A DNA stretch of 64,000 bases from Candidatus Marinacidobacterium sp. (GCA_965220965.1 OZ244852.1:2560001-2624000), one strand, 5' to 3'. Counted from the stretch's first letter, positions 14,432 through 24,699 are shown. The notes: generated by a model not told the origin, from the letters alone. A program made the numbers and translations.

Positions 14432-15984
14432 TGCGGTGCGCGCTCGGGTCCGCGGTCGGCGCGGCGGTTCTGCTCGGCTGGCTGGGTTCGGTCGCTTCGG
14501 GCGTCCAGCAGCCGCCCGACACGACCGTCCGCGCCCGGATGGAGGCGGCGCTCGCGCACCTGGCAGGCGGCGAGGCCGAGGCTGCGATCCCCCTGCTGCT
14601 CTCGGTCGTCGACGAGGTTCCGGACCACGGTCCGGCGCGGCTGCAACTGGGAGCCCTCGCCATCGGGCGACGGGAATGGGGCGTGGCCGAAGACCACCTC
14701 CGCATCGCGCTGGCGGCGACCGGACCCGACGCGCCTCCGGGCGCCGTTCCGGCGCAGCGCCCCGGCCTGGCGTGGGCGCTCCTGGCCGAGGCGCTCGACG
14801 GGCGCGGGGAGCTCGCGGAAGCTCTCAGGGCGACCGAAGAGGCCGTGCGTCTGGCGCCAACGTTCGTTCCCGCGCTCCTCCGGCGCTCGGACCTCGCCCG
14901 CCGGCTGGCGAGCGATCCGGACGCTTCGGCGGCCTGGACGCCGCTCCGCGTTGGATGGGCGGAGACCGCGCTCGAGACCGCGCGCGCGGCGGTCGACCTG
15001 CTGCCGGAGCGCCCCGGACCGTGGACCGCGCTGGCGCTCGCCGCGCTGGGATCGCAGGCCGATGACCTCGCGCAGTGCGCGGCGCGCCGGGCCGCCGGGC
15101 TGGCGACGCAGGACCCGGCGGCCTGGTTGCTCCTCGCGCGGGCGACGGCGCGCTCCGACGAATCGGCCGCGCTCGAGTTCGCGGAGCGGGCGCTCGAAGC
15201 CGGTGGTGAGGATGACCCGGGGGCCTGGATGCTCCTCGGAGAGCTCCGCGCCTTCCGGATGGATCTGGAGGGCTCGCTTGCGGCGTACGCAGAGGCGCTC
15301 CGCCGCGACCCGGCCGCGGCGGGAGAGATCGCGAGCCCGGCCCTCGATGCGCTCGCGGCCCGGCAAGACGCGGAACTCCTGGCCCTGCTCGCCGAGCGCG
15401 CCGACCGGGTCCCGGGGGCGCTGAACACCCGCTTCACGCTCGCGAAGCATGCGTTGCGGGAGGGACGGGCCACCGAGGCGCTGGAGTTGCTTCGCCGTCT
15501 GGCCGCGCTTCGCCCCGACCACGCGGCGATCCTCGCCGCGCTCCACACCGCGCTCCGCCAGGCGGGCGACCCCGCTGCGGACGAGGCGCTCCGTCGTCTG
15601 GACGCGGTCAAGGCGGCCGAGGCCGCCGCCTGGGAGAGGGCGAACGCCCAGGCGCGCCTTCGCCGCCGCGCACGCGAGGCCCTCGAGCGAGGGGAGTTCC
15701 AGGTCGCGGCCGACGCCTGGGAGGAGCTGCTCGACGGGACCGAGCTCGCGGAAGACGACCAGGGCGCTTCGGACCACGCCGGGCTGGGCCGGGCGCTCAC
15801 GGGGCTTGGCCAGGGCCGCGAGGCGCTCGCGGCGTTCGAGGCCTCGCTCGCCCTCCGGCCGTTCGACCCCGCCGCGCTCGAAGCTGCGACTTCCGCCGCC
15901 GGGGCCGCCGGAGCGTCCGACGCGCCGGACCGTTACGCCGCCCGCGCCGCGCTCGCTGCGGCGGATTGCGACGTAGCCCGCTGA
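14431..15984 (+). CDS. tetratricopeptide repeat protein, secreted
   Basis: Hydrophobic N-terminus and repeated A..LG...G...A...ALE..P helical repeats; TGATG overlap with the CRTAC1 gene. Confidence 0.8.
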   Translation: MRCALGSAVGAAVLLGWLGSVASGVQQPPDTTVRARMEAALAHLAGGEAEAAIPLLLSVVDEVPDHGPARLQLGALAIGRREWGVAEDHLRIALAATGPDAPPGAVPAQRPGLAWALLAEALDGRGELAEALRATEEAVRLAPTFVPALLRRSDLARRLASDPDASAAWTPLRVGWAETALETARAAVDLLPERPGPWTALALAALGSQADDLAQCAARRAAGLATQDPAAWLLLARATARSDESAALEFAERALEAGGEDDPGAWMLLGELRAFRMDLEGSLAAYAEALRRDPAAAGEIASPALDALAARQDAELLALLAERADRVPGALNTRFTLAKHALREGRATEALELLRRLAALRPDHAAILAALHTALRQAGDPAADEALRRLDAVKAAEAAAWERANAQARLRRRAREALERGEFQVAADAWEELLDGTELAEDDQGASDHAGLGRALTGLGQGREALAAFEASLALRPFDPAALEAATSAAGAAGASDAPDRYAARAALAAADCDVAR

Positions 15985-16290
15985 GCTGACGCAGGGCCTG
16001 ACCGGGCCGGCCTCCTCACCGTGATCTCAACGAGAGTTACATCTGCGGCTCAGGACGGCGTACATCGACCGTCTCCGGCGCGGTCCAATAGTTGCTGTTT
16101 GAGGGGTGGAAGCGATGCGCGCCCGGGTCTGTCACAACCGCCAAATGGTTGAAATCCCCGGAAGAATCGGCCCACAATCTCCGATTCGGATGCGCTGGCT
16201 CGCGTTCCATCCAACCCGCCGGATCCAACCCCGCGGTCCATGGATGCCGGCGGCTTCCGATCATCCGTTCCCGACCGAAGGAGTCAATTC

Positions 16291-19140
16291 ATGAAGCGAA
16301 GCGTCCCCCTGGCGCGTCCGGCGCGGTTCGCCGTCGCCCTCGCGCTCATGCTGGCGCCGATTGCCGCCAGCGCGCAGGACAACGCTCTGATCCGGGGCAC
16401 CGTCACCGACAACACCGGCGCGGTGGTGCCCGGCGCCACCGCGACGCTCCTCAGCGACGCGATCATCGGCGGAACCCGTACAGCGGTCACGAACGAGTCC
16501 GGGGTTTTCCGCTTCCCGACGCTGCCCGCCGGGGAATACGCCGTCGAGATCTCGCTCTCGGGGTTCGACACGCTGCGCTACGAGGGGATCCGCGTCAGCC
16601 AGAACTCCACCGCGACGCTCGACGCCACGCTGAGGCTCGCGAGCGTCACCGAGACGGTCCAGGTGGTCGCCGAGGCGCCGCTGCTCGACGTGGCCTCGAA
16701 CGCCTCGATCACGACCTTCAACTCGGAGCTCGTGGAAGAGCTGCCCACCGAGCGGAACTTCTACGACTACATCCACATCGCTCCCGGCATGACCCAGATG
16801 AACAGCGGCGGCGGCGGGGACCGCACGATCGCCTTCGGGTCGAACCAGCAGTCGAACTCGTGGAACATCGACGGCATCGAGTCGAGCGCCCCCGAGACCG
16901 GCTCTTCCTGGTGGGATCCCAATGTTGACGCCATCGAAGAGGTCGAGATCATCGGGATCGGGGCCCCGGCGGAGTTCGGGAACTCCACCGGCGGCGTCTT
17001 CAACATCGTCACCAAGAAGGGCGGCGACACCTTCAGCGGAACCGGGAACTACTTCTACCAGAGCAACGCGTTGACCTTCCCCGAGGTGTACGCCGACACC
17101 GGCACCGGAGAGCGGGTCGAGGCCGGGAGCGCGAACGCCTTCGCTTACGAGCGCGAGAACTACCAGGACATCACCCTGACGCTCGGCGGCCCGGTCGTGC
17201 GCGAGCGCGTCTGGTTCATGGCCAGCGGCCAGTACTCCCGCGACAGTTCCTGGGAAGCCGGGAACGACCCGGCGAGCGCCACCGCCGACCTGGACCGGAA
17301 CGACAAGATCGGGCTCAAGCTGACCGCCAAGATCAACGACCGCAACGAGGTGTTCGTGAACACCCAGCTCGAGGACTGGGCCTTCATCGGCGGAAGCTCG
17401 CCGAACGTGGCCGCGTCAGCAGCCTTCGTCGAGCGAGGCGGCAACGCCGCCTACACCGTAGGCCTGAACACCGTGCTCTCTGACAACACGATCTTCGAGG
17501 CGCGCTACGCCGGCTGGCGGGCGAGCGACATTCATGATTCGCCCACCGGCAGCTTCGAGATGCCTTTCCGGAACGACGACGCCGTGCCGACGACGACCTT
17601 TTCCGGGGGCATCATCTATCCGTGGGACTACCGGACCTGGAGCAACCAGTTCGCCGCCAAGGTGACCCACTACGCCGACGACTTCCTCGGCGCGCAGCAT
17701 GAGTTCCGCTTCGGCGTCCAGATCGCGCAGGGGGTTGCGGTGACCGGCGTCGCCGCCGGGCCGAACAGCGCCTACCAGTACCAGTCGGGCGGCGTTCTCT
17801 ACCAGGTCATCCAGGAGCCCTACCGCTACGGCGGCATCTCCCGTGACAACGGCTTCTATGTGGACGACACCGTGACCGTGAACGACCGGCTCACGCTGAA
17901 CCTCGGGCTGCGGGTCGACCTGAACCGGGGCGAGATCCCGGCCTACGAACTCCTCGCTTCTGTCGAGGGCGGCGAGAGCGAGTTCGAGGCGATCAACGCC
18001 GTCGCCGTCGAGGGAACCGCCCCCGGCGATCCGGACATCGTGGAGTGGAACCTGGTGAGCCCGCGCATCGGCTTCACCTTCCGCCCCGATGAGGCGGGCC
18101 GCTCGGCCATCAAGGGGTTCTTCGGGATCCACTACGACCAGAACGTGATCGGAAACTGGGACGCTCCGGCGCCCGGGACGACGCCGTATCAGCTCTATTA
18201 CGTCAACGACGACGGGTCGCTCGGAGACCAGATCTTCTCCGTCGAGGCGGGTGATGTGACCCAGCCCGACAACCTGCTGGCGCCGCGCTCCTACCACTAC
18301 ACCGCGGCTTACGAGCGCGAGATCGGCAACAGCATGTCGGTCGGGGTCCAGTACGTCCACAAGTACACCGATCGGATGGTGGGCTGGTCCGTCCTCGGCG
18401 GCGCTTACGAGACGGTCCAATGGGCCGACCCCTACAACGGGAACCCGATCACGCTGCTGAGTCAGACGGAGCAGCCGACGCTCGTCAAGGGGAACTTCCC
18501 CGGCGATTTCCCCGGGGCCCCCGAGAAATACGAGCAGACCTACGACGGCGTCATCTTCAGCTTCGCCGCCCGGGAAGCCAGCCTCTGGAACCTCCAGGGG
18601 TCCTACACCTGGTCGAGGTCCGAAGGCCTGATTCCCCGCCCATGGCCGGAGTCGCAGAACAACCCCTTCTACGGCAACCGGCATGGGCAGGATCCCAACG
18701 CCTATCTGAACCTGAACAACGGGCAGCGGCTCCAGGGCGACCGACCGCACATGTTCCGGCTGCAGGGGGTGCTGTTCCTGCCTTGGGACTTCCTGCTCGG
18801 GGTGAACGCCAACTTCGAAAGCGGCAAGCCGTATTCCCGGCAGATCCGGGCGCCCGGCAGTCTGGTCGGGCAGCAGTCTCAGAACTTCATCGTGGAGCTC
18901 GCCGGCTCCCGGGACGGCCTCAGCCATCCGACGATATGGATGGCCGATGTCCGTCTCGGGAAGCGCGTCAACATCGGCGATGTCCAGTTGAAGCTGGACG
19001 CCTACCTCTACAACGCGCTGAACAGCACCGCGAGCATCTGGAACAGCAGCCTGCGGCTCGAGACCCCGGGCGAGGACTTCATCCCCTCGAGCTGGGTTGA
19101 ACCCCGCCGTCTGATGCTGCTCGCCGGGTTCGTGTTCTAG
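16291..19140 (+). CDS. TonB-dependent receptor (Oar-like, N-terminal carboxypeptidase-regulatory-like domain)
   Basis: Motifs GTVTDNTGAVVPGA, APAEFG..TGGVFNIVTKKG and LTLNLGLR; C-terminal F; SD AAGGAG before ATG 16291. Confidence 0.93.
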   Translation: MKRSVPLARPARFAVALALMLAPIAASAQDNALIRGTVTDNTGAVVPGATATLLSDAIIGGTRTAVTNESGVFRFPTLPAGEYAVEISLSGFDTLRYEGIRVSQNSTATLDATLRLASVTETVQVVAEAPLLDVASNASITTFNSELVEELPTERNFYDYIHIAPGMTQMNSGGGGDRTIAFGSNQQSNSWNIDGIESSAPETGSSWWDPNVDAIEEVEIIGIGAPAEFGNSTGGVFNIVTKKGGDTFSGTGNYFYQSNALTFPEVYADTGTGERVEAGSANAFAYERENYQDITLTLGGPVVRERVWFMASGQYSRDSSWEAGNDPASATADLDRNDKIGLKLTAKINDRNEVFVNTQLEDWAFIGGSSPNVAASAAFVERGGNAAYTVGLNTVLSDNTIFEARYAGWRASDIHDSPTGSFEMPFRNDDAVPTTTFSGGIIYPWDYRTWSNQFAAKVTHYADDFLGAQHEFRFGVQIAQGVAVTGVAAGPNSAYQYQSGGVLYQVIQEPYRYGGISRDNGFYVDDTVTVNDRLTLNLGLRVDLNRGEIPAYELLASVEGGESEFEAINAVAVEGTAPGDPDIVEWNLVSPRIGFTFRPDEAGRSAIKGFFGIHYDQNVIGNWDAPAPGTTPYQLYYVNDDGSLGDQIFSVEAGDVTQPDNLLAPRSYHYTAAYEREIGNSMSVGVQYVHKYTDRMVGWSVLGGAYETVQWADPYNGNPITLLSQTEQPTLVKGNFPGDFPGAPEKYEQTYDGVIFSFAAREASLWNLQGSYTWSRSEGLIPRPWPESQNNPFYGNRHGQDPNAYLNLNNGQRLQGDRPHMFRLQGVLFLPWDFLLGVNANFESGKPYSRQIRAPGSLVGQQSQNFIVELAGSRDGLSHPTIWMADVRLGKRVNIGDVQLKLDAYLYNALNSTASIWNSSLRLETPGEDFIPSSWVEPRRLMLLAGFVF

Positions 19141-19160
19141 GCTTTCCCGACCCTTTTCCG

Positions 19161-19189
19161 AGGGGAGCCGCCCGCCGGGCGGCTCCCCT
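19161..19189 (+). terminator. GC-rich stem-loop (terminator or mRNA-stabilising hairpin)
   Basis: AGGGGAGCCGCCC-GCC-GGGCGGCTCCCCT, a 13-bp perfect stem with only a weak U tail. Confidence 0.6.
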
Positions 19190-19212
19190 TCCTTGTACCC
19201 GGAGGTAGACCC

Positions 19213-20742
19213 ATGCCACGGATCGTCGCCCTGATCCCCGTCCTGCTCCTTCTCGCGGTCGGCGTTCCGGCCCAGGAAGCCGCGGAGGCCGAGGCCCCCG
19301 GCAAGGAGCGCTGGGAGTCGAGCCACTCCATCGAAGTGGGCGGCGAGACCGTCGAATACGACGCGGTCGTCGCGAGTACGACGCTCACGAACGACGACGG
19401 AGAGCCGGCCGCCGAGCTCTTCTACACCGCCTACTTCCGGACCAACGGAGCCCCCTCCTCCGATCGGCCGCTGATCTTCTCCTACAACGGCGGTCCCGGG
19501 TCCGCCTCCTTCTGGCTGCACATGGGGATCATGGGTCCGCGCCGGGTCGTCACCCCCGAGGTCGGACCGCAGGGCGCCCCGCCCTACCCGCTCGAGGACA
19601 ACCAGTACACCCTCCTCGACATCGCCGACATCGTCATGGTGGATCCGATCGGCACCGGATTCAGCCACACCCTCGGCGACACCCCCGGCTCCGACTACTG
19701 GGGGATCGATGAGGACGCCCGCTCGCTCGCGCAGTTCGTGCGGCGCTTCCTGAGCGAGTACGACCGCTGGAACTCGCCCCGCTTCCTCCTCGGCGAAAGC
19801 TACGGGACGACCCGCTCCGCGGTGCTCGCCGGGCATCTCCAGCGCGCCAACATCGACCTGAACGGCATCGTCCTCGTCTCGGTCGTGCTCCAGTTCAACA
19901 CCATCCAGTTCGCGCCGGGCGACGACCTGCCCTACATCGTGAACCTTCCGGGCTACGCCGTCACCGCCCGCTATCTCGACGCGCTTCCCGGAGGATCGCC
20001 CGACAACCTCGAGGCCTTCATGGCCGAGGTCGAGACCTGGTCGCTCACCGACTACGCCACCGCGCTGCTCGCGGGCGGGACCCTCGACCCGGCGACCCGG
20101 ACCGAGGTCATCGAGCAGATGCACCGCTACACCGGCCTCAGCCGGGACTTCATCGACAAGTCGGACCTGCGGGTGACCGCGCCGGCCTTCGAAGCGGAGC
20201 TGCTCCGGGATGAGGGACGGATCGTGGGCCGTCTCGACTCCCGCTTCACCGGCCCCGCCGGCGATGTGCTCGGGACCCGCCCATCGCACGACCCCCAGTC
20301 GACCGCGATCAGCTCGGCCTACACCTCGGCGTTCAACGCCTACCTGCGGGGCGAGCTCGGCTACAACGGCGACCGGGAATACACCCCGAGCGGGGGAACC
20401 CGGAACTGGAACTGGGGCCGCCTCGGCGGCGGGGGCTTCTTCGTGCGCGGCGGCGGCACGCCGAACGTGGCGCCCGATCTGGCCCGCGCGATGCAGCGGA
20501 ACCCCGAGCTCAAGGTGCTGCTGGTGAACGGGATCTACGACCTGGCGACGCCCTACTTCGCCGCGGTCTGGACCGTGGACCGGATGGGCCTGACGCCGGA
20601 GCTCCGGGCGAACGTCGAGCGCTCCGACTTCGAGGCCGGGCACATGATGTACGTCGAGCAGGCGCTCCTTTCCCAGTGGAAGGAGGTCCTCGACGACTTC
20701 GTGCTCCGCGCCTCCGGCGCATCCAGCCCCGCGTCGCCGTAG
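19213..20742 (+). CDS. peptidase S10 (serine carboxypeptidase), secreted
   Basis: Motifs YNGGPGSAS, DPIGTGFS, GESYG (nucleophile), YDLATP and GHMMY. Confidence 0.93.
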   Translation: MPRIVALIPVLLLLAVGVPAQEAAEAEAPGKERWESSHSIEVGGETVEYDAVVASTTLTNDDGEPAAELFYTAYFRTNGAPSSDRPLIFSYNGGPGSASFWLHMGIMGPRRVVTPEVGPQGAPPYPLEDNQYTLLDIADIVMVDPIGTGFSHTLGDTPGSDYWGIDEDARSLAQFVRRFLSEYDRWNSPRFLLGESYGTTRSAVLAGHLQRANIDLNGIVLVSVVLQFNTIQFAPGDDLPYIVNLPGYAVTARYLDALPGGSPDNLEAFMAEVETWSLTDYATALLAGGTLDPATRTEVIEQMHRYTGLSRDFIDKSDLRVTAPAFEAELLRDEGRIVGRLDSRFTGPAGDVLGTRPSHDPQSTAISSAYTSAFNAYLRGELGYNGDREYTPSGGTRNWNWGRLGGGGFFVRGGGTPNVAPDLARAMQRNPELKVLLVNGIYDLATPYFAAVWTVDRMGLTPELRANVERSDFEAGHMMYVEQALLSQWKEVLDDFVLRASGASSPASP

Positions 20743-20775
20743 CCGCTCCGGCTGGACCACAGAGCCAGACGGACC

Positions 20776-21195
20776 ATGCCCTCCCGGCACGATGACTGGT
20801 TTCGGCAGGCGGCGGCCGATCTGCGCCATGCCCGCAGCGCTCGCGCGGAGGCCGCGCACGACTGGGCCTGTTTTGCAGCCCATCAGGCGGCGGCGAAGGC
20901 GCTGAAGGCCGCCCTGATGCGTTGCGGCGCCGACGCCTGGGGACACACCGTGACCGGGTTGCTCGGGGCTGTGTCCGGCGACGAGGAGCCTCCCGCTGAT
21001 CTCGTCGACTGCGCCAAGGCGCTCGACAAGCATGCGATTCCCGCCCGTTATCCCAGCGCCTTCCCGGAGGGCGCCCCCATCGACTTCTACACGGGCCGGG
21101 ACTCCGACGAGGCCATCACGTTTGCTGAACGGCTCATGGCCGTTACTCGCGGTGTGGACATGCTCTCCCGCGAAGCTGAACCGGCGGATCGCTGA
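20776..21195 (+). CDS. HEPN domain protein, orphan and possibly degenerate
   Basis: Motifs W..QA..DL..A, WACFAAHQAAAKALKA, WGH and IPARYP. Confidence 0.85.
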   Translation: MPSRHDDWFRQAAADLRHARSARAEAAHDWACFAAHQAAAKALKAALMRCGADAWGHTVTGLLGAVSGDEEPPADLVDCAKALDKHAIPARYPSAFPEGAPIDFYTGRDSDEAITFAERLMAVTRGVDMLSREAEPADR

Positions 21196-21218
21196 CGCCG
21201 ACGGAAGCCGACCCCTCC

Positions 21219-22226
21219 ATGTCCGGCGCGCCGCTGGCTGGCCGGGTCGCCGTCGTCGCCGGGGCGACGCGCGGCGCCGGGCGGGGGATTGCCCGGATGC
21301 TGGGGGCGGCGGGCGCCACCGTCTACTGCACCGGACGCAGCGTGTCCGGCGGCCCCGCCACCCCCGGACGCTCGGAGACGATCCAGGAGACCGCGGAGCT
21401 GGTCACCGCCGAGGGGGGCCGGGGCATCGCGGTCCGGGTCGACCACACCGTCGAGTCCGAGGTAGAGGCGCTGTTCGCCCGGATCCGGGAGGAGGCGGGA
21501 CAGCTCGATGTGCTCGTCAACGACATCTGGGGCGGGGATGCGCTGACCGAGTGGGGATCGCCCTTCTGGAAGCTCACGACAAGCCAGGGGATGGCGCTGC
21601 TGGAGCGCGCCGTCCACACCCACATCATCACCAGCCGCCACGGCGTCCCGCTCATGGTGGAGCGAAACGCCGGGCTCATCGTGGAAGTCACCGACGGGGA
21701 CACGCTCGGCTACCGGGGCAACCTGTTCTACGACCTCGCCAAGAACGCGGTCATCCGGCTCGCCTACGCCATGGCCGCCGACCTCGAGGCTCATGAGGTG
21801 ACGGCGCTGGCGCTCACCCCCGGATTCCTCCGCTCGGAGGCGGTGCTGGATCACTTCGGCGTCACCGAGGCGAACTGGCGGGACGCGATCGCGAAGGATG
21901 CCTATTTCTCGGAGTCGGAGACCCCCTGCTTCGTGGGCCGGGCGGTGGCGGCGCTCGCCGGTGATCCCGACGTCGGGAAGAAGAGCGGCGGGCTGTTCTC
22001 GAGTTGGGGGCTCGCCCGGGAGTACGGGTTCGACGATCTCGATGGACGGCGACCCGACTGGGGGACGTTCTTCCACGGCAAGGTGGGGGAGATCCTCGAG
22101 CGCGAGAGCCCGCCGGACGAGATGGACCGCTTCGTCATCCGGACCCGGCTCTTCCAGGCGGAGCTCGATCCGTCGCTGAAGGACGAAGCCGCCCGGCTGC
22201 GGGAGTGGCTCGACCGCCACGGCTGA
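21219..22226 (+). CDS. SDR-family oxidoreductase
   Basis: Motifs GATRGAGRG, LVNDIWGG, YDLAK (YxxxK) and SETPCFVGRAV. Confidence 0.92.
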   Translation: MSGAPLAGRVAVVAGATRGAGRGIARMLGAAGATVYCTGRSVSGGPATPGRSETIQETAELVTAEGGRGIAVRVDHTVESEVEALFARIREEAGQLDVLVNDIWGGDALTEWGSPFWKLTTSQGMALLERAVHTHIITSRHGVPLMVERNAGLIVEVTDGDTLGYRGNLFYDLAKNAVIRLAYAMAADLEAHEVTALALTPGFLRSEAVLDHFGVTEANWRDAIAKDAYFSESETPCFVGRAVAALAGDPDVGKKSGGLFSSWGLAREYGFDDLDGRRPDWGTFFHGKVGEILERESPPDEMDRFVIRTRLFQAELDPSLKDEAARLREWLDRHG

Positions 22227-22259
22227 AGAAGTCCTGGCCGCCCCGCGGAGGGGCGCCGG

Positions 22260-23405
22260 TCACGGCCAGAGCCGGTCCGTCTCGAGGGCCTCGAGGAAGC
22301 GCCGGAGCGGCCAGACCTCGATCCCGCCTTCGGTCACGAACCGCTGGTCTCCCAGGTACACCAGGATGCGCCTCGCCAGGCCAGGCAGTTCCTCGACCGC
22401 CTGGAGCCCGCGAAGCTGCGCCGAGTGGAACCGCTTCGACGCCTTGATCTCGATGGCCAGCCGTTCGTCGCCCCGGACGAGGAGCGCGTCCACCTCGGTT
22501 GCGGCCTCCGCCGGGGACCAGAAGCAAAGCTCTTCGTAGAGCGGCCCTGGTTCGCGGTAGGCGCGCAGCAGGCCCAGGACCCAGCCCTCGAACATCGCGC
22601 CGCGCTCCTCGGCGCCGACCGGGCCGAGATGGCGCTTCATGGCGCGCGCCAGGCCCGGGTCCGCCCAGTAGAGCTTGGGTCGCTTCCGCTCCCGCACTCG
22701 CAGCTTCGCCTCGAAGGCTGGCAGTCGCCACGCCAGCAGCGTGTCTTCGAGGACCTCCAGATAGCCCGCGACCGTGGTGCGCGCGACCCCGGCGTCGCGC
22801 GCGATCCCGGCGACATTGAGTTGCTGCCCGTGGAGTAGGGCCGCCACCCGGAGGAACCGCACGAAGCCCGGCAGGTTGCGGAGGCTGGCTTCGGCGCGGA
22901 TCTCCTCCCGCAGGTAGAGCTGCGCGTAGCTTTCGAGAGCCAGCCGGCGATCCTCCGAGGCCCGGACCAGCGGCATGGCGCCATGTCGCAACACTTCGTC
23001 CAGATCGAAATCCGCGCCCATCTCCTCCGGCAGGAGCGGGAACATCTCCATACGCAGCGCGCGGCCGGCGAGCAGGTTGACGCCGCCGGCGCGGAGCTTC
23101 CGGGCGCTCGACCCGACGAGAGCGACCCGGCGACCCTCCTCGATCAGGCGGTGGACCTCGTTCAGCAGCTCCGGCATGCGCTGGACCTGGTTCACCACGA
23201 TCCAGGCGTCCCCGGGCGCCGCTTCGGTCAGCGCCCGGAATCGCCCCGGTTCGCCCTGAAGATCGAAGAGCAGCGCCTCGTCCAGCAGGTCCAGATGGAG
23301 CGCCCCCGGGAGGGCGTTCCGGACCCAGGTGCTCTTGCCAACGCCGCGAAGCCCGAGGAGAAAGAAGCTCCGCTCGGGGAGTGTCAGCCGTCTTCTGTAG
23401 AGCAC
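22260..23405 (-). CDS. AAA_14-type ATPase with DUF4143 and a C-terminal nuclease-like motif
   Basis: Walker A GLRGVGKS; GSSARKL..LAGRA; PKLYWADPG; EVD...AIEIK. The Walker B position reads VVNQVQ. Confidence 0.88.
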   Translation of the reverse strand: MLYRRRLTLPERSFFLLGLRGVGKSTWVRNALPGALHLDLLDEALLFDLQGEPGRFRALTEAAPGDAWIVVNQVQRMPELLNEVHRLIEEGRRVALVGSSARKLRAGGVNLLAGRALRMEMFPLLPEEMGADFDLDEVLRHGAMPLVRASEDRRLALESYAQLYLREEIRAEASLRNLPGFVRFLRVAALLHGQQLNVAGIARDAGVARTTVAGYLEVLEDTLLAWRLPAFEAKLRVRERKRPKLYWADPGLARAMKRHLGPVGAEERGAMFEGWVLGLLRAYREPGPLYEELCFWSPAEAATEVDALLVRGDERLAIEIKASKRFHSAQLRGLQAVEELPGLARRILVYLGDQRFVTEGGIEVWPLRRFLEALETDRLWP

Positions 23406-23502
23406 GCCGTCATGTTACGGCGTAAAGCGACGGAAAGATGTGCAGTTTCCCGAGTCCGAGCCCACCCGCGCCCGACTGCCTCCCCCGGGCCGCCCGACCC
23501 GC

Positions 23503-24699
23503 TCAGGCGAAGAGCGATCGCACCCGGTCCGCGACCAGGGCGTCTTCCCCCGGCCGGAGCATCCACATCGAGATGCGCAGTTGTCCTTCGCCGGTGCGCG
23601 ACACCGCGACCGGAGGATCCCCCGCGAGCAGCCTCGCGGCGGCGTCCTCCGAGGTCAGACCGAGCTGCTCCTCGCTCCAGCGGACGACCACATGGGGGAC
23701 GTGGTTCGCGATCCCGGGGACGACGGTCTCGCAGGAGAGCCCGGTCACCGGCGCCAGGACCCCGGTGACCCGCTCGGCGCGGGCGTCGAGCTCCGCTCGC
23801 TCGGCCTCGTGGTCCAGGGTGAGGTACCGCTCGACCGCGGCGACCAGCCCGATGATCTCCTCCTTGCCGACCTTCATGCCCCGGCCGATGCCCGCGAACG
23901 GGCTGATCGCCTTCCGCGAGGCCTCGACCAGGTCCGGGCGGCCGAGCAGGAGCCCGGACGCCTGCGGCCCGCGAAGGCCCTTGCCGCCCGAGAAGATCAC
24001 CATGTCGAAGCCTTCTTCGACGTAGGTTCTGAGCCGCTCCGGAGGGGGAACATCGGCGGCGGCGTCGTTCATCGTCGGGATGTCGTGGGCTTTCGCCACC
24101 TCGATCCACTCGGCGCGGCCGATCTGGCCGTTCGGGTCGGCGAAGTTCAGGAAGAACATCATGGCCGTCCGCTCGCTGATCGCCGCCTCGAGCTCCTCCC
24201 GGGTGTCCACCCAGACGATCTTCGCGCCCACCAGCTCCATCTGGGCCTGGTAGCCGGTGCGGTGCGCGCGCTGCTGGATCACCTCGTTCTTCATCCCGGT
24301 CGTGTCGGGAAGGCGCCGCAGCATGTCGTCATCGCCGCCGGTGATCGCCGCCGCCGTACCGCTCGTCATCGCCGAGGCGGCGCCACACGAGATCATCGCG
24401 GCGGGCACGCCGATCAGGCCGGCCAGGTGGTCGCCGGCGCGCGCCTGGAGCTCGGGGAGGGGGACGAACGAACGCGAGGCGGCCACCATTGCGCCCGTGA
24501 CTTCCGGCGGCATGAGCGAGCCGCCCAGCACGGTCACCGTGCCCACGCCGTTGATCACCGGCCGGATGCCGAGCCGGAGGTAGACATCCTCGGGCGGCGC
24601 GGCCGCTTCGCCCCCCGACTCGGCGCAACCGGTCATTCCCAGCACCGTCGCGGTGGCCCCTCCCTGAAGGACCCGCCGCCGCGTCATCTTCTCCGGCAT
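23503..24699 (-). CDS. SelA-like/DgaE-like PLP-dependent enzyme with Tat (lipo)signal
   Basis: Motifs INGVGTVTVLGGS, DAAAD, FSGGKGLRGPQ (PLP Lys) and GRGMKVGKEE; N-terminus TRRRVLQ...MTGC. Confidence 0.87.
   Translation of the reverse strand: MPEKMTRRRVLQGGATATVLGMTGCAESGGEAAAPPEDVYLRLGIRPVINGVGTVTVLGGSLMPPEVTGAMVAASRSFVPLPELQARAGDHLAGLIGVPAAMISCGAASAMTSGTAAAITGGDDDMLRRLPDTTGMKNEVIQQRAHRTGYQAQMELVGAKIVWVDTREELEAAISERTAMMFFLNFADPNGQIGRAEWIEVAKAHDIPTMNDAAADVPPPERLRTYVEEGFDMVIFSGGKGLRGPQASGLLLGRPDLVEASRKAISPFAGIGRGMKVGKEEIIGLVAAVERYLTLDHEAERAELDARAERVTGVLAPVTGLSCETVVPGIANHVPHVVVRWSEEQLGLTSEDAAARLLAGDPPVAVSRTGEGQLRISMWMLRPGEDALVADRVRSLFA

Noticed and set aside
17416-21033. Very long antisense ORFs (1205 aa here; also 29491-32361, 32439-35519, 55774-59139, 58674-61652)
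   Set aside because: They are shadow ORFs expected opposite real genes in DNA with high third-position GC, and have no recognisable domains
23503-24699. Second true selA
   Set aside because: It lacks the HTNLGRA and SGDKLLGGPQ signatures and has a Tat signal, so it belongs to the SelA-like/DgaE group
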